Of a stretch of DNA of 64,000 nt, positions 1 through 9,388 are shown piece by piece (positions within the stretch are counted from its first letter, which is position 1; each line of letters starts with the position of its first letter). A model generated the notes under the pieces. That model saw only the letters and a program-made list of their open reading frames with translations, had not been told where the DNA came from and made no database searches. The position numbers and the translations under genes are program-made. The DNA is taken from the IMG/VR virus record IMGVR_UViG_3300002026_000019, positions 5,684 through 69,683 of that record, one strand, 5' to 3'. Source of the stretch: a virus. Taxonomy: Duplodnaviria; Caudoviricetes.

Positions 1-1037
1 TTTAGCGTGTCAACGCGGTAGGCCATTGCGCTTGCAACTTGTTGCTCACTGCTTGGAACGTCCAGCACCGCAATAGCGTCCATGCGGTCGCGTGCGATAC
101 CGGCAATAGCACGTTGAATGTCGGCAATGTCTTGCATGTTGTTCATACCAATTGGCGCACCACCTTGAATCAAGATGTTGACGTCGATGTGCTCAGTATC
201 GTGGTACAAGTCCCAACCGCGTTGCACTTGGCCGCTGGTCACTCGTCCACCATTCGTCGCACCATCAAAGAATACGCTGGCGGTCTCAAGTACCTTGACC
301 ATCGGTGCAAACTCGTTGTTGCGCACGCGAATCAGATCACTCTTCTTGTTGATAACATCTTCAATGAAGAGTTGGTTGCCATAACCGTCAAGGCTTGACT
401 CGCGTTTGACCAAGAACGATTCCGTCGGATGCTGGCGCGGACTCGTGTAGTCAAGAAAGACGTCAACCCAAAACGCGTCCATATCGTCGAAGAAGTCATC
501 GGGGACGACGACACCAGCTTTGGAATTGGGCCGCACTTGCACGTAGATGCGGTTGTTCCATTCACCCGGATCAATAGCACATACCATAAACATCTGGTTT
601 GCAATAGCAGGGTCATTCGGATTGAAGGCAAACGAACCAAATGGATCGTATTTCCCTTTTGCGTTTGACGAGCCGTCATCAAAGACGGTCAACTTCGGTC
701 GCGGAACTTGTGCCGCACTGTCATCAACAGTGTAGATCGCACCAGCGGTTAGCGGCAGTTCTCCAAGGGCAGCATTGTCATTGACAACACGCGTCACATA
801 GAGACGACGACTTTGTTGAAGGAAAGTCAGAGCAGCATAGTGCATCAAACTTTGCTTAGGGTTTGGTTTCCCAAACTTCGAAATGAAATCATCTTCACTT
901 GTGACGAGGGTGGTCTGCATGATTGGACCTTCAGCGGAAGGACCAACGATTGCTCCAATTGATGTGGACACCGCACGCACGCGTTGCGAACGATCATATT
1001 CAGTCACATAAGAACCGGGACTGGAGTTGTTTGCCAT
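1..1037 (-). CDS. Contractile tail sheath protein (T4 gp18-like), partial, runs off the left edge
   Basis: Not in the ORF track; I translated it: MANNSSPGSYVTEYDRSQRVRAVSTSIGAIVGPSAEGP...FGKP...RLYVTRV...DPGEWNN...DVNILIQGG...RMDAIAVLDVP. Typical sheath N-terminus. GGAGAA RBS lies upstream. Confidence 0.92.
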   Translation of the reverse strand, partial: MANNSSPGSYVTEYDRSQRVRAVSTSIGAIVGPSAEGPIMQTTLVTSEDDFISKFGKPNPKQSLMHYAALTFLQQSRRLYVTRVVNDNAALGELPLTAGAIYTVDDSAAQVPRPKLTVFDDGSSNAKGKYDPFGSFAFNPNDPAIANQMFMVCAIDPGEWNNRIYVQVRPNSKAGVVVPDDFFDDMDAFWVDVFLDYTSPRQHPTESFLVKRESSLDGYGNQLFIEDVINKKSDLIRVRNNEFAPMVKVLETASVFFDGATNGGRVTSGQVQRGWDLYHDTEHIDVNILIQGGAPIGMNNMQDIADIQRAIAGIARDRMDAIAVLDVPSSEQQVASAMAYRVDTL

Positions 1038-1073
1038 GTGATATTCTCCAAGTTGTGTTTTCGTGCAGTCGCT

Positions 1074-1083
1074 AAATTAGAAT
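1074..1083 (-). promoter_or_regulatory. CTAATTT motif (putative phage late promoter) upstream of sheath gene
   Basis: ATTCTAATTT lies 37 nt before the sheath ATG; the motif recurs at 8 other intergenic sites. Confidence 0.55.
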
Positions 1084-1102
1084 TTCTTTAAAGCCAGAAC
1101 GA

Positions 1103-1132
1103 ACAAAGCCCAACCAAAGTTAATTGGTTGGG
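1103..1132 (-). terminator. Putative intrinsic terminator
   Basis: 9-bp stem CCCAACCAA/TTGGTTGGG followed by CTTTGTT on the minus strand, after the 1145 gene. Confidence 0.55.
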
Positions 1133-1144
1133 TCTTATGGTGTT

Positions 1145-1357
1145 TCACTTGGTGCGGGGGATGTACTTGCCACATCCCGACTCTTCGACAGAGACGCGGG
1201 GCCAGACTGTCATAAGTTTACCAACTGTTGCAGATACGTCTTTTGATGTTGGGTTTGTTTTAAACCCGGACACAACAACACGGGGAGAATCTTCACGACA
1301 ATCGTGGTATTGCTGATTCTCTGTTATGTGTATGAACTTACAATCTCCACATTTCAC
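1145..1357 (-). CDS. Small 4-Cys protein (CxxC...C...WP...CG family)
   Basis: MKCGDCKF...DCREDSP...VWPRV...CGKY; AGGAG RBS; paralogous pattern at 56334 and 62651. Confidence 0.65.
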   Translation of the reverse strand: MKCGDCKFIHITENQQYHDCREDSPRVVVSGFKTNPTSKDVSATVGKLMTVWPRVSVEESGCGKYIPRTK

Positions 1358-1419
1358 GAAATTCTCCTAGACAGGTTTTCCTATACATGGAGAAATTAGC
1401 ATGGTTCGTTTCAAACTAC

Positions 1420-1695
1420 TTAGTGGAGAGTTTCAGGTTGTCCCGACACATACACTTTGTCGCCAAACTCTGTTGCAACACGTTGGCTAAGACCGGAGAC
1501 CAGCATGCTTAACGCAGTATCTTCGTCACCCGCGCGGTATGCTTCGGCAAACTCTTCGCGTATCTCTTGCGGCCATCTATTTTTCTCGTCGCAGCACGAG
1601 AAGTCAGGACAACATTCGTCACGTTCATCATTGTGTACGTCTTCACCTTTGAGCCACAACGCCAGTTGTTCAAGGGGAGTCATTGAATTCCCCAT
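1420..1695 (-). CDS. Hypothetical protein (CCPDFSCC motif)
   Basis: ORF track; lies in the minus-strand operon. Confidence 0.65.
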   Translation of the reverse strand: MGNSMTPLEQLALWLKGEDVHNDERDECCPDFSCCDEKNRWPQEIREEFAEAYRAGDEDTALSMLVSGLSQRVATEFGDKVYVSGQPETLH

Positions 1696-1960
1696 TCAAA
1701 CCGTTAGCAGCGTCAGTCGTCCTATTCGGGAATTGAATAATCTTACAAACAGGTGGGTTGCGAATACGTTCACGTGCCAAGTCACACAATGTCTTCATGT
1801 CGTGACGGACGGAGAAGAACTGTTCTGAATTCACATGCTTGAAACCTTTCGGGTTCCCTGCAAGGTCCAGCATGCGGTTGACGTCACGACCGACGAACAA
1901 TGCACGTTCAGTCTCGCAGTGTATTTCACAGTACCCAATAAAGTGTTCATCATTCATCAT
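1670..1960 (-). CDS. Hypothetical protein
   Basis: ATGA-type overlap with the upstream HNH gene. Confidence 0.6.
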   Translation of the reverse strand: MMNDEHFIGYCEIHCETERALFVGRDVNRMLDLAGNPKGFKHVNSEQFFSVRHDMKTLCDLARERIRNPPVCKIIQFPNRTTDAANGLNGEFNDSP

Positions 1961-2232
1961 CGTCTCCGCAGGTGTTGGTGACCGGGCTGTCGCTCATGAC
2001 ACCGATCACAAAGAGTCTTCAGATTATAGAGAATGGTACGGCCACCTTTGGAAACTGGAATTATGTGGTGAGCACGCAGTCGATTTCCTTTGCTGCTAAC
2101 TGCGCCACAACCAGTACATTGATGACCGTCCCGCGCAAGGCACTGCGCACTAATCGTGTCCCAATCTACAGTGTAGGCTTGAACATACGTGCGCCGTACC
2201 TTTGAAACAAGCTTTGGTTTTATTGAACGCAT
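1957..2232 (-). CDS. Small HNH endonuclease
   Basis: RDGHQCTGCG...AHHIIPVSKGG...NLKTLCDRCH motif. Confidence 0.88.
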   Translation of the reverse strand: MRSIKPKLVSKVRRTYVQAYTVDWDTISAQCLARDGHQCTGCGAVSSKGNRLRAHHIIPVSKGGRTILYNLKTLCDRCHERQPGHQHLRRR

Positions 2233-2549
2233 TGTGCTGCTTGTACATCTTCACGAGCATCGTTCAATGCACGCTGCTCTTGTTCAACCAATTGCCGTTC
2301 TTTACGTGCGATGTAGTTGAGCGACGTTTCGTTGTCACGGTCAGATAGAAGCATGACCGGGTCCATGCTCAAAAGGATTTTCATTTCACGACTGCATTTC
2401 GGGCTTCGCACAAACTTGGTTTGCAGCCACTTCAAGTTGTTGAGGCTTGGAGAGATTGTCTGGCGAAATGCTGGAAGGTCAAGTCTCTTGTCTTTCAGCA
2501 TTTGGTTCAACCGGTCAAGGTTTGTCATTGAAATATCTTCCACTGTCAT
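2220..2549 (-). CDS. Hypothetical protein
   Basis: Overlapping start/stop with neighbours. Confidence 0.6.
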   Translation of the reverse strand: MTVEDISMTNLDRLNQMLKDKRLDLPAFRQTISPSLNNLKWLQTKFVRSPKCSREMKILLSMDPVMLLSDRDNETSLNYIARKERQLVEQEQRALNDAREDVQAAQCVQ

Positions 2550-3133
2550 TTGATTGGGGTTGGAGAATGGTCGTGCTGGTATGCTGCATCATGAACTGCT
2601 TCCAGACGTTCCTGAATTGCCAAACACGTTCTTGGCAAGATTGAAACGTTTAGGTGTTGCGTGGAGTACCCCAACATCAACGTGTTGAAGTGCTCCATGT
2701 AAGGCAAACTGCATTGAGCCGCGTCTGGATCGTACCGAAGTTCAATACCCGGCTGCACGAGCACCATGCGGTCAAACATACCGCATAAGTGCTTGCAACG
2801 ACCGACAAACTCGAAGTACTTTGTTTCAAGCCAAGGGTCTGCCGGAAAGTTACGAAGCACATCTGCTTCCATGTACGCAAGTACGTCAAGCGGAGTACGG
2901 TCACAAATACCTTGTGACGGCATTGCCTCCCATTGCCGTGCAAGACCGTCAAGAATCAAGGTCTGCACTTTCAGACGAGTTTCAAGATCGTACTGCTCTT
3001 GTGCGTTGTACCCATTATCAGCAAGAATACCGCGCGTTGTCGTCTGAACAAACGTGTATCCATAATCTTCTGCAAAGGCTTTTGCCAGAGTAGTCTTGCC
3101 AACTCGTTGCGCACCACAAAGTCCAAGTATCAT
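2546..3133 (-). CDS. P-loop nucleotide kinase-like protein (AAA_28/NMP kinase type)
   Basis: Walker A GAQRVGKTT at the N-terminus; CDRTPLDVLAY motif. Confidence 0.75.
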   Translation of the reverse strand: MILGLCGAQRVGKTTLAKAFAEDYGYTFVQTTTRGILADNGYNAQEQYDLETRLKVQTLILDGLARQWEAMPSQGICDRTPLDVLAYMEADVLRNFPADPWLETKYFEFVGRCKHLCGMFDRMVLVQPGIELRYDPDAAQCSLPYMEHFNTLMLGYSTQHLNVSILPRTCLAIQERLEAVHDAAYQHDHSPTPIK

Positions 3134-3828
3134 GTTGTTCCCTTTTCAACCAACTGCCAATCCCTATTGAATTCGTACGTATGGATGATACGCATTTCAC
3201 GGCCTTGACCAACAATCCAATCACCAACCGCGAGAAACATGCTCCCACTGTCATAGCCACCACCATGCGACTCACCACCAAGTCTCCAGTGGCCGCGATT
3301 GATAAGGCCACGTCCAATATCTTCAGGTGGACACCAATAAATGCTTGGATGCACCGTCGGGTCTCCGAGAAATTGGACAGCGTTGACGGCGGTACCTGCT
3401 GGCTTCGGTCGTGTTTGTACCTCTACAGGAACATTTGGAACTGTGCCAGTAGCGACGTACATCTTAATGATGTCTTGCACGTGCTGGTTGTTGAAGACAG
3501 CAATAATGATGTGATCCGGCGGTAAAAACTTGATGCTCTCTGGCATTGAGTACGCATCAGTGTGAATCGGCACTGTCCAATAAGTACCAACAAACCCTTC
3601 AAGGACTTCCTCGTGTTTCTGACTCGGTTCAAACCGGTCAAAGAAGTCTTTGTTGTTTGAAAGCACTGACCAAACGGCGTTCCCAACACAAACAACTGCG
3701 TTGAAAATTGGTGGTAGTGATAGAAGTTCTTCATTGAGGGCCGTTGGTGAGAACGGCTGGACCGCGACGGTGTGGTGACAAAACGAAAGCCCGGATCGTA
3801 CTTTACTCAGGATCGTGTTCATGCACAC
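3130..3828 (-). CDS. Hypothetical protein
   Basis: 232-aa ORF coupled to neighbours. Confidence 0.6.
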   Translation of the reverse strand: MCMNTILSKVRSGLSFCHHTVAVQPFSPTALNEELLSLPPIFNAVVCVGNAVWSVLSNNKDFFDRFEPSQKHEEVLEGFVGTYWTVPIHTDAYSMPESIKFLPPDHIIIAVFNNQHVQDIIKMYVATGTVPNVPVEVQTRPKPAGTAVNAVQFLGDPTVHPSIYWCPPEDIGRGLINRGHWRLGGESHGGGYDSGSMFLAVGDWIVGQGREMRIIHTYEFNRDWQLVEKGTT

Positions 3829-4210
3829 CCACCTTAGTAGTCAGATGTAACGACGGAATCATGAATGGGAATATGGTCATGTCAACAACAAGCGGCTCCA
3901 TCTTATTTGCATCAAACGTTAATGCAACCTTTGTGACATTGTGTTCAAGAGGAAAGCCGGGCATTGCATAGTTGCAAGACAACAACGTATCATCAACTCG
4001 CGCTTTCTCGCCACGGCTGTTACAGGCCACGATGTGCAGAATCCCGCAGTCGAGTTCAACACCTTCTGGTGATACTGAAATGTCAAGACCTTCGTACAGC
4101 GTTTCACGTATTGCTTCGATTTGCTTGTCGTACAGCGAAAGGCCACCAGCGTCAGTGATTCGAGAATCCAACCGGTTAAAGAATTCATGTTCATTGAGTG
4201 TGATCTTCAT
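3803..4210 (-). CDS. Hypothetical protein
   Basis: 135-aa ORF with ATGA overlap. Confidence 0.6.
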   Translation of the reverse strand: MKITLNEHEFFNRLDSRITDAGGLSLYDKQIEAIRETLYEGLDISVSPEGVELDCGILHIVACNSRGEKARVDDTLLSCNYAMPGFPLEHNVTKVALTFDANKMEPLVVDMTIFPFMIPSLHLTTKVGVHEHDPE

Positions 4211-4986
4211 ACGATGAATTCCTTTTTGAAGAGTTGTGATACACGGCCATCTTCCGGGTATGGAGCGTAACTGACGTCAGCAGAAAAGTACCGCTGTGAT
4301 GCCAACTCACGACCAATTGTCTTGTCGAACTGGTCGCGCACATGGCACCGGACAATGGCGTACCTGATTGACGTATGGTCAAACTTCTCGGAGTCCAGTT
4401 GCCAAGCAATCACCGCCCCGCCAAAGTTCTGTACCTTACCGTCTTTGAAACGACGCAGGTACGTGAAGTTTAGACCGGACCCGGCAATATCTTCCTTGAT
4501 GCTTGAACGTAGTGCTTTGGGAATAGGTTTGTTTGCCGACGTTTCGTCCTTGAGTCTGCTAAGAATGCCAATCATCTGCGTGTGTGAAACACCATCGGCA
4601 CTACACCAATGCCAGCAGTCTGCGAATTCGACAGACGGGCAGTCCTGAGAATCCAGAATAAGCGGACGCGCACGAGTACTCTTCGTTGCTAGAAACTCGT
4701 TGATGACAGCGGCTCTATCCTTTGGATCGTGGTCACGCAACGTCGCATGAATCTTAAACCGTGACAGTGCTTCAATCAAAGACACTTGAGCGTTTTTGCA
4801 CACGTTTGACAGGACTAGGCTGTAACCAGCGCGGCAAATCTTTGACAGCAGTCCAAAGGCAACCGGGTCTGCGTTGTACTCGCCTTGAGCGACGGCCATT
4901 GACCGTGCGCTGACTAGAAAGTTTGCTGTATCAACAAACACAAACTTAGTGTGGATATTGTGTTTCATCTTTAGCTTCTTCATCAC
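4207..4986 (-). CDS. Hypothetical two-domain protein
   Basis: 259-aa ORF. C-terminal RCHVRDQFDKTIGRELA resembles a recurrent small phage domain. Confidence 0.65.
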   Translation of the reverse strand: MMKKLKMKHNIHTKFVFVDTANFLVSARSMAVAQGEYNADPVAFGLLSKICRAGYSLVLSNVCKNAQVSLIEALSRFKIHATLRDHDPKDRAAVINEFLATKSTRARPLILDSQDCPSVEFADCWHWCSADGVSHTQMIGILSRLKDETSANKPIPKALRSSIKEDIAGSGLNFTYLRRFKDGKVQNFGGAVIAWQLDSEKFDHTSIRYAIVRCHVRDQFDKTIGRELASQRYFSADVSYAPYPEDGRVSQLFKKEFIV

Positions 4987-5600
4987 AGTTCCTTGATACG
5001 ATTCTGCGGCCCAATGTTGAGGCCGATGTTTATTGGGTAGTGAAGCTTCGTCGCAAAGAACGTGATCGGGTCTTTACTACTCAACGCAACGATTCGAGGT
5101 ACGTGTGAATACTTCTCAAGCAGGTCACGTACCTTTTCCAACTTGAAGGCCGTGCTTGAGTCATTTATGTTGCTTATGACCAGCAAGCTAGGGATTTCAT
5201 CAGTCGTCTTGTCACGTAGAGGATCGCCAAGACCACCAAACACGCGGTGCCAAATAGGCATGACCCGGCCCGGTTTATGTCTAGCAACCCAAGACGTTAT
5301 CGCGCAATCGAAGATGTGAATTGCAAGGTGCTTCGCCAGCAAGTCACTTGGAAAGCTGTTGATACCTATCGCGCATGACGCGCGTAGTGGGCTTTCTATA
5401 AGCGAGGCAAGTGCTTTTATTTGACGCGCCGCAGACACAACCTTCGTCTGCATTCCCGGCATATCCGTTTCATACTTAACCAAGTTTGGAACTACATCAA
5501 AGGTTCCGTGTCCGTGAAACATGTCTGCTTGCGGAACACCGCGACCCATCAGAAGTTTTTCCCTTTCCTTTGGCAAGCGTTTTAAAAGTAATTTTTCCAC
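4983..5600 (-). CDS. Possible degenerate DnaC/IstB-like AAA+ protein
   Basis: LAKHLAIHI, LLVISNI and PRIVALSS occur in DnaC-like order, but the Walker A GKT and Walker B acidic residues are missing. Confidence 0.35.
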   Translation of the reverse strand: MEKLLLKRLPKEREKLLMGRGVPQADMFHGHGTFDVVPNLVKYETDMPGMQTKVVSAARQIKALASLIESPLRASCAIGINSFPSDLLAKHLAIHIFDCAITSWVARHKPGRVMPIWHRVFGGLGDPLRDKTTDEIPSLLVISNINDSSTAFKLEKVRDLLEKYSHVPRIVALSSKDPITFFATKLHYPINIGLNIGPQNRIKEL

Positions 5601-5646
5601 TCGAAACTCCGAAGTGTCTAGATCATCTGTGACTGACCGTAGTCAA

Positions 5647-6141
5647 TCAACCCTTGGCAACACCGGTCGAACCGTAACCACCATCACCACGGCTTGTATC
5701 GGGTAACGATTGTTTCGACGAGACGATGTTCCATTCGCAAATATAGACTGGAGCAAGCACAAGCTGTGCAATCTTGTCACCATCGTTGACAGTGTAATCG
5801 TCACCAGTGTTCCAAACGATGATGCCGATTTCACCACGGTACGGACTGTCAATGGTGCCAATGCTGTTTGCGATGCGAATACCGGTCTTCAGAGAAATTC
5901 CGCTGCGGGGACGTGCTTGGAACTCATAGCCGGGAGGGGTAGCAACGTACAGGCCGGTCGGGACGATGACGGTCTTTCCAGCGCCAATGACCAGTGGTTC
6001 ATGTTCATCAGGAAGGTTTGCGCGAACATCCATCCCTGAGTCAAACATATGCGAGTACTCAGGAACACCATGTCGAGACTCGCAATAGATTTGGACTGGG
6101 ATGATCGTTGCAAATGGGGCATGGTTTCGTTGTACGTTCAT
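5647..6141 (-). CDS. dut: Trimeric dUTPase
   Basis: All five motifs present: SGMDV, RSG, GTIDSPYRGEIG, KIAQLV, RGDGGYGSTG. Start chosen at MNVQ after a GGGGAG RBS. Confidence 0.96.
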   Translation of the reverse strand: MNVQRNHAPFATIIPVQIYCESRHGVPEYSHMFDSGMDVRANLPDEHEPLVIGAGKTVIVPTGLYVATPPGYEFQARPRSGISLKTGIRIANSIGTIDSPYRGEIGIIVWNTGDDYTVNDGDKIAQLVLAPVYICEWNIVSSKQSLPDTSRGDGGYGSTGVAKG

Positions 6142-6142
6142 G

Positions 6143-7804
6143 TTATTTTCTCCCCGCACGCATGCGGCCTAGTGAAGTTGTATCTTCATCAAAATCGAGA
6201 AGACGTTGGGCTTTGAAATCCTCATCGTCGGCAACTGCACCACGACGTCTGTTGGCGTGCGACAAGTACTCCAAAGCAGCTTGAGTTGTCGCGTCCTTTG
6301 AGAACTGGTACTTCCACTTCTTCATCTGTGTCACGCACTGACGTGCACATCCAATTGATGCACCCATTGCTTCGTCGTACCAAAGACGGACGATAGGCTG
6401 GCGCTTCCCATCCATCGGTGTTCTGACTCGTGACGTCTCTTGCTTGTAGTTCGGCTCGTTGGCAATTGGCATCGCCGTATGAATACAGGACCACCGAGGA
6501 ACGTTTAGACCAAGCTGCAACAAGCTACGTGTTCCGACGATGACCTTAACCGCACCACTCTTGGCTTCGGCCAGTATGTCACGGCGCAGGTCTTTATTCT
6601 TCTGACCAGCACCACCGCCAACGAAAGCTTTCGCAATCAACGAACCGTGCTTCTCGTTAATCATCTTGACGATCAGGTGAATGTGTTTGACAAACACTAA
6701 TGGGACGACAACACTGTGGCCGGTTGCAACGTCACGCAAGATGCGGTCAACGATTAGCTCATTGCGCTTCTCGTTCTTCGCAAGTGCTTGCATCATGTAC
6801 GTCCACTGCTTTGGAACCGAGCGCAGCTTCAATCCGGTTTCCTTGATGAAGACCTTTGGAGTCATCGCCTCGATTGTAGTTTTGGCAACAACAGGGCCGA
6901 TCACGCGCTTAAAAATCCACTGCCTACCGTCCTTGCGGTCGACTGTTGCTGTCACGCCAAACCTGTACCGCGTAAAGAACTTGTTGACAACGCCAGCGAA
7001 CACGTTTGCACCTGCACGATGTACTTCATCAATGCCGACCGTGCCAATGTTTGCCATTAGCTTTTTGAAACGCGCACTACCGTTTATCTTGGATGCAAAT
7101 TGTTGGTAGGTGCAGACCATGATTTGCATCGTCTGGTAGTCTTCATCGGTCTTCGGGAACCCGTACAGCTTCTTCCCGGCACGTTCCTGAATCTCAGGCA
7201 GGTTTGTGCACTTAGGAATACCTTCAGCCTCATTACCTTCAATGTGCCACAAGAACTGCTGCAAGAATTCGTGCTGGTGAGCAAGCAGTATCATGCGCTG
7301 CCCAAGCTTCAATGCTATGTAAAGCAACAGCAACGTCTTACCGGTTCGTGGTGGTGCTTCAAGCAGACCGTACTTCCTTTTCAGAAACGTGTCGACCAAC
7401 TGCTGTTGGTGTGGGCGAAGCTTGGCGGTAAACTTGATCTTGTACTGAAACGGGGCCATATGCCTTTTGTCGATGATGCGATGTTCGTCAAAGGATATGC
7501 CAGCGTTTGCCTCGATACGTGATTTATCACCAACCGGAAGCCCGATGTAGTGATTGCCTTGAATGTTCTTTGTGTTGAACAGCTTCGCCTGTCCAAAGTA
7601 GTTTGGGCATGCCTCGCAAGTTGCGCACGGGCGCTCTGGCTTGTACTCACACGTTGAACAACCAGTATCCTTGAACAAATGCTTGATGTACTTCGTCTTC
7701 AATTCGTCCATGTCGTAAATGGACTTGACCGGAATGTAGACACGGTCACGTATGAATATCTTTGGTTTGTCTTTGACCACTTGGACCGCCTTACTTGTTT
7801 TCAT
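6143..7804 (-). CDS. Superfamily 2 DNA helicase (UvsW/XPB-like) with N-terminal Cys cluster
   Basis: APPRTGKT (Walker A), IDEVH, GVTAT, LGLNVP, QETSRVRT; CxxC...CxxCxxC at the N-terminus. Confidence 0.9.
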   Translation of the reverse strand: MKTSKAVQVVKDKPKIFIRDRVYIPVKSIYDMDELKTKYIKHLFKDTGCSTCEYKPERPCATCEACPNYFGQAKLFNTKNIQGNHYIGLPVGDKSRIEANAGISFDEHRIIDKRHMAPFQYKIKFTAKLRPHQQQLVDTFLKRKYGLLEAPPRTGKTLLLLYIALKLGQRMILLAHQHEFLQQFLWHIEGNEAEGIPKCTNLPEIQERAGKKLYGFPKTDEDYQTMQIMVCTYQQFASKINGSARFKKLMANIGTVGIDEVHRAGANVFAGVVNKFFTRYRFGVTATVDRKDGRQWIFKRVIGPVVAKTTIEAMTPKVFIKETGLKLRSVPKQWTYMMQALAKNEKRNELIVDRILRDVATGHSVVVPLVFVKHIHLIVKMINEKHGSLIAKAFVGGGAGQKNKDLRRDILAEAKSGAVKVIVGTRSLLQLGLNVPRWSCIHTAMPIANEPNYKQETSRVRTPMDGKRQPIVRLWYDEAMGASIGCARQCVTQMKKWKYQFSKDATTQAALEYLSHANRRRGAVADDEDFKAQRLLDFDEDTTSLGRMRAGRK

Positions 7805-7997
7805 GTCTTGTCTTTACAGTTCGGTCAACTAGAGACAACCTGCTGAGTACGCACTCGCATTTCTGACAAGTAGTGTAGTCAAACTGGTCAAACACTCCGG
7901 GGATCGGGGTTTCACAAGCACACTTCAGCCGTTGTTCTCTGATTGCAGCAGCAGCAAGCATTTCAGCAACAACGTTCTCGACGAAACCCTTTTCCAT
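7791..7997 (-). CDS. Hypothetical small Cys-containing protein
   Basis: MEKGF...CAC...CQKCEC. Confidence 0.5.
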   Translation of the reverse strand: MEKGFVENVVAEMLAAAAIREQRLKCACETPIPGVFDQFDYTTCQKCECVLSRLSLVDRTVKTRHENK

Positions 7998-7999
7998 TA

Positions 8000-8212
8000 T
8001 CAAACCTTCCGAAGTATCGAGTAAGGCACGTACCTGAAGTGGTCACGTCCACCAACCTGAAACTCGACTTTGCACAGCCGATTATCTTGAGTGCACCTGA
8101 GAGACAGCTTTCCTCTGACGCGTGTAAACCCCCAGTCGAATAAAACTTCGTCTCCAACCTTTCAGTTGCGCAAGTTGTGTCGAAGCACCGAACGCCGCTG
8201 TTTGGAGTTCAT
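8000..8212 (-). pseudogene. 70-codon gene with an in-frame TGA at codon 17 (readthrough or nonsense mutation)
   Basis: MNSKQRRSVLRHNLRN*KVGDEVLFDWGFTRVRGKL...YVPYSILRKV*. It exactly fills the gap, and its ATG overlaps the stop of the 8209 gene. Confidence 0.65.
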
Positions 8213-8448
8213 TCAACCACCTTAGTGCACGAGAACATCTTACTGGAAGCCTCGAAACTTGGAAGCGGTCTCCACTCGCGGTCTGCTATGTCGCTTGACC
8301 CTTTATCGACCCACAGTTGAAGGACGACTCCGTCTTTTTGACAGAAGTGTTCGGTTGGAGAAAACATAACGATACGGCCCAAGACTCCAGTGAACAACGT
8401 CCCCATTGAAAGGACTCCCAACTCTGCTGCTTTCTCTTTGTCGATCAT
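8209..8448 (-). CDS. Hypothetical protein
   Basis: 79-aa ORF with a GGGTTGCC-type RBS region. Confidence 0.55.
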   Translation of the reverse strand: MIDKEKAAELGVLSMGTLFTGVLGRIVMFSPTEHFCQKDGVVLQLWVDKGSSDIADREWRPLPSFEASSKMFSCTKVVE

Positions 8449-8457
8449 GGCAACCCC

Positions 8458-8994
8458 TTAAATGGTTTGTTCACCGCGACCGTTGCGCATGTTCAACGCA
8501 GCGACCGAACGCTGGAGGGTAAATGCACCTTGGTCAATGTCTTTGACAACGATGTCACAAAGGCCACGGACGAGTGCAATACGATTCATAAACTTGATGA
8601 ATGGTGCAAGTGCCATGTTGATGACCTGAAGACGTTCGTCTTTGGTACGCACAAACGAAAGATCAGGCCCATAGGTCAGCAACAAGTACTCACGCAATGG
8701 CTCAAGAGCATCCTTCAACGTGGCTTCCGCCTTGTAGCACTTCATGCTGATTTCAGCACAGCGTGACCGGTTTGCAGATTCCATGAGAGAGGCGTCGACG
8801 ATTGCTTCAATGAACCGTGGGCTGGCTTGTGTCAAGAACCGGATGCTTCGCGCCTTGTGAATCTGCTCCACTTCCTTAATCAGGTCTTCCGTTGGAATCT
8901 GATAGATCGGAAGTTCCGTGAACAGTGCTTTCAATCGTTTGCAACGTGCATCCTCACGCAAGCGATCACGAATACCGCTCAAATCTCGTTTCAT
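8458..8994 (-). CDS. Hypothetical helical protein, possibly UvsY-like recombination mediator
   Basis: Mostly helical. C-terminal IVVKDIDQGAFTLQRSV and proximity to the UvsW-like helicase give only weak support for UvsY. Confidence 0.45.
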   Translation of the reverse strand: MKRDLSGIRDRLREDARCKRLKALFTELPIYQIPTEDLIKEVEQIHKARSIRFLTQASPRFIEAIVDASLMESANRSRCAEISMKCYKAEATLKDALEPLREYLLLTYGPDLSFVRTKDERLQVINMALAPFIKFMNRIALVRGLCDIVVKDIDQGAFTLQRSVAALNMRNGRGEQTI

Positions 8995-9004
8995 GTTGTG
9001 TTCC

Positions 9005-9388
9005 TCATAGTTCGACTTCGACGAGCATTGGAGACGACACGTTCATCGGTACTGCAATGATACTACTGTCGGCTGCCTCGTAAAGCAGAACACCTTGTGG
9101 TTGCAAGTTGTAGATCGGAGTAAATGGGCTGACACACGCACCAATCTTCAGCATGATTGGTGTTGCCACCGTGTGTATGGCCGGGGAGTAGAACAAGATG
9201 CCGTGTACAATTCCAGACGCGTGAAGGAAGCTGTAGTTGCACAGACCTGTCACAAACGTAGGTTCCCCAATTTCGTAAAGCTCAGTGGCGCTGAACTTGG
9301 ATAAGTACGCGGTCTTCGTTATTCCAGCAACCGATTTTCCTACTGTCTGAAACCCTTGTGCAGTTGGAATACGAAGTTTAGTCATCAT
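9005..9388 (-). CDS. Hypothetical protein
   Basis: ATGA overlap with the clamp-like gene. Confidence 0.6.
   Translation of the reverse strand: MMTKLRIPTAQGFQTVGKSVAGITKTAYLSKFSATELYEIGEPTFVTGLCNYSFLHASGIVHGILFYSPAIHTVATPIMLKIGACVSPFTPIYNLQPQGVLLYEAADSSIIAVPMNVSSPMLVEVEL

Noticed and set aside
1957-2232. Small HNH as a mobile homing endonuclease
   Set aside because: It is only 91 aa, lacks a DNA-binding extension, is overlap-coupled to both neighbours and has no flanking duplication; it looks like a resident HNH (e.g. packaging-associated).
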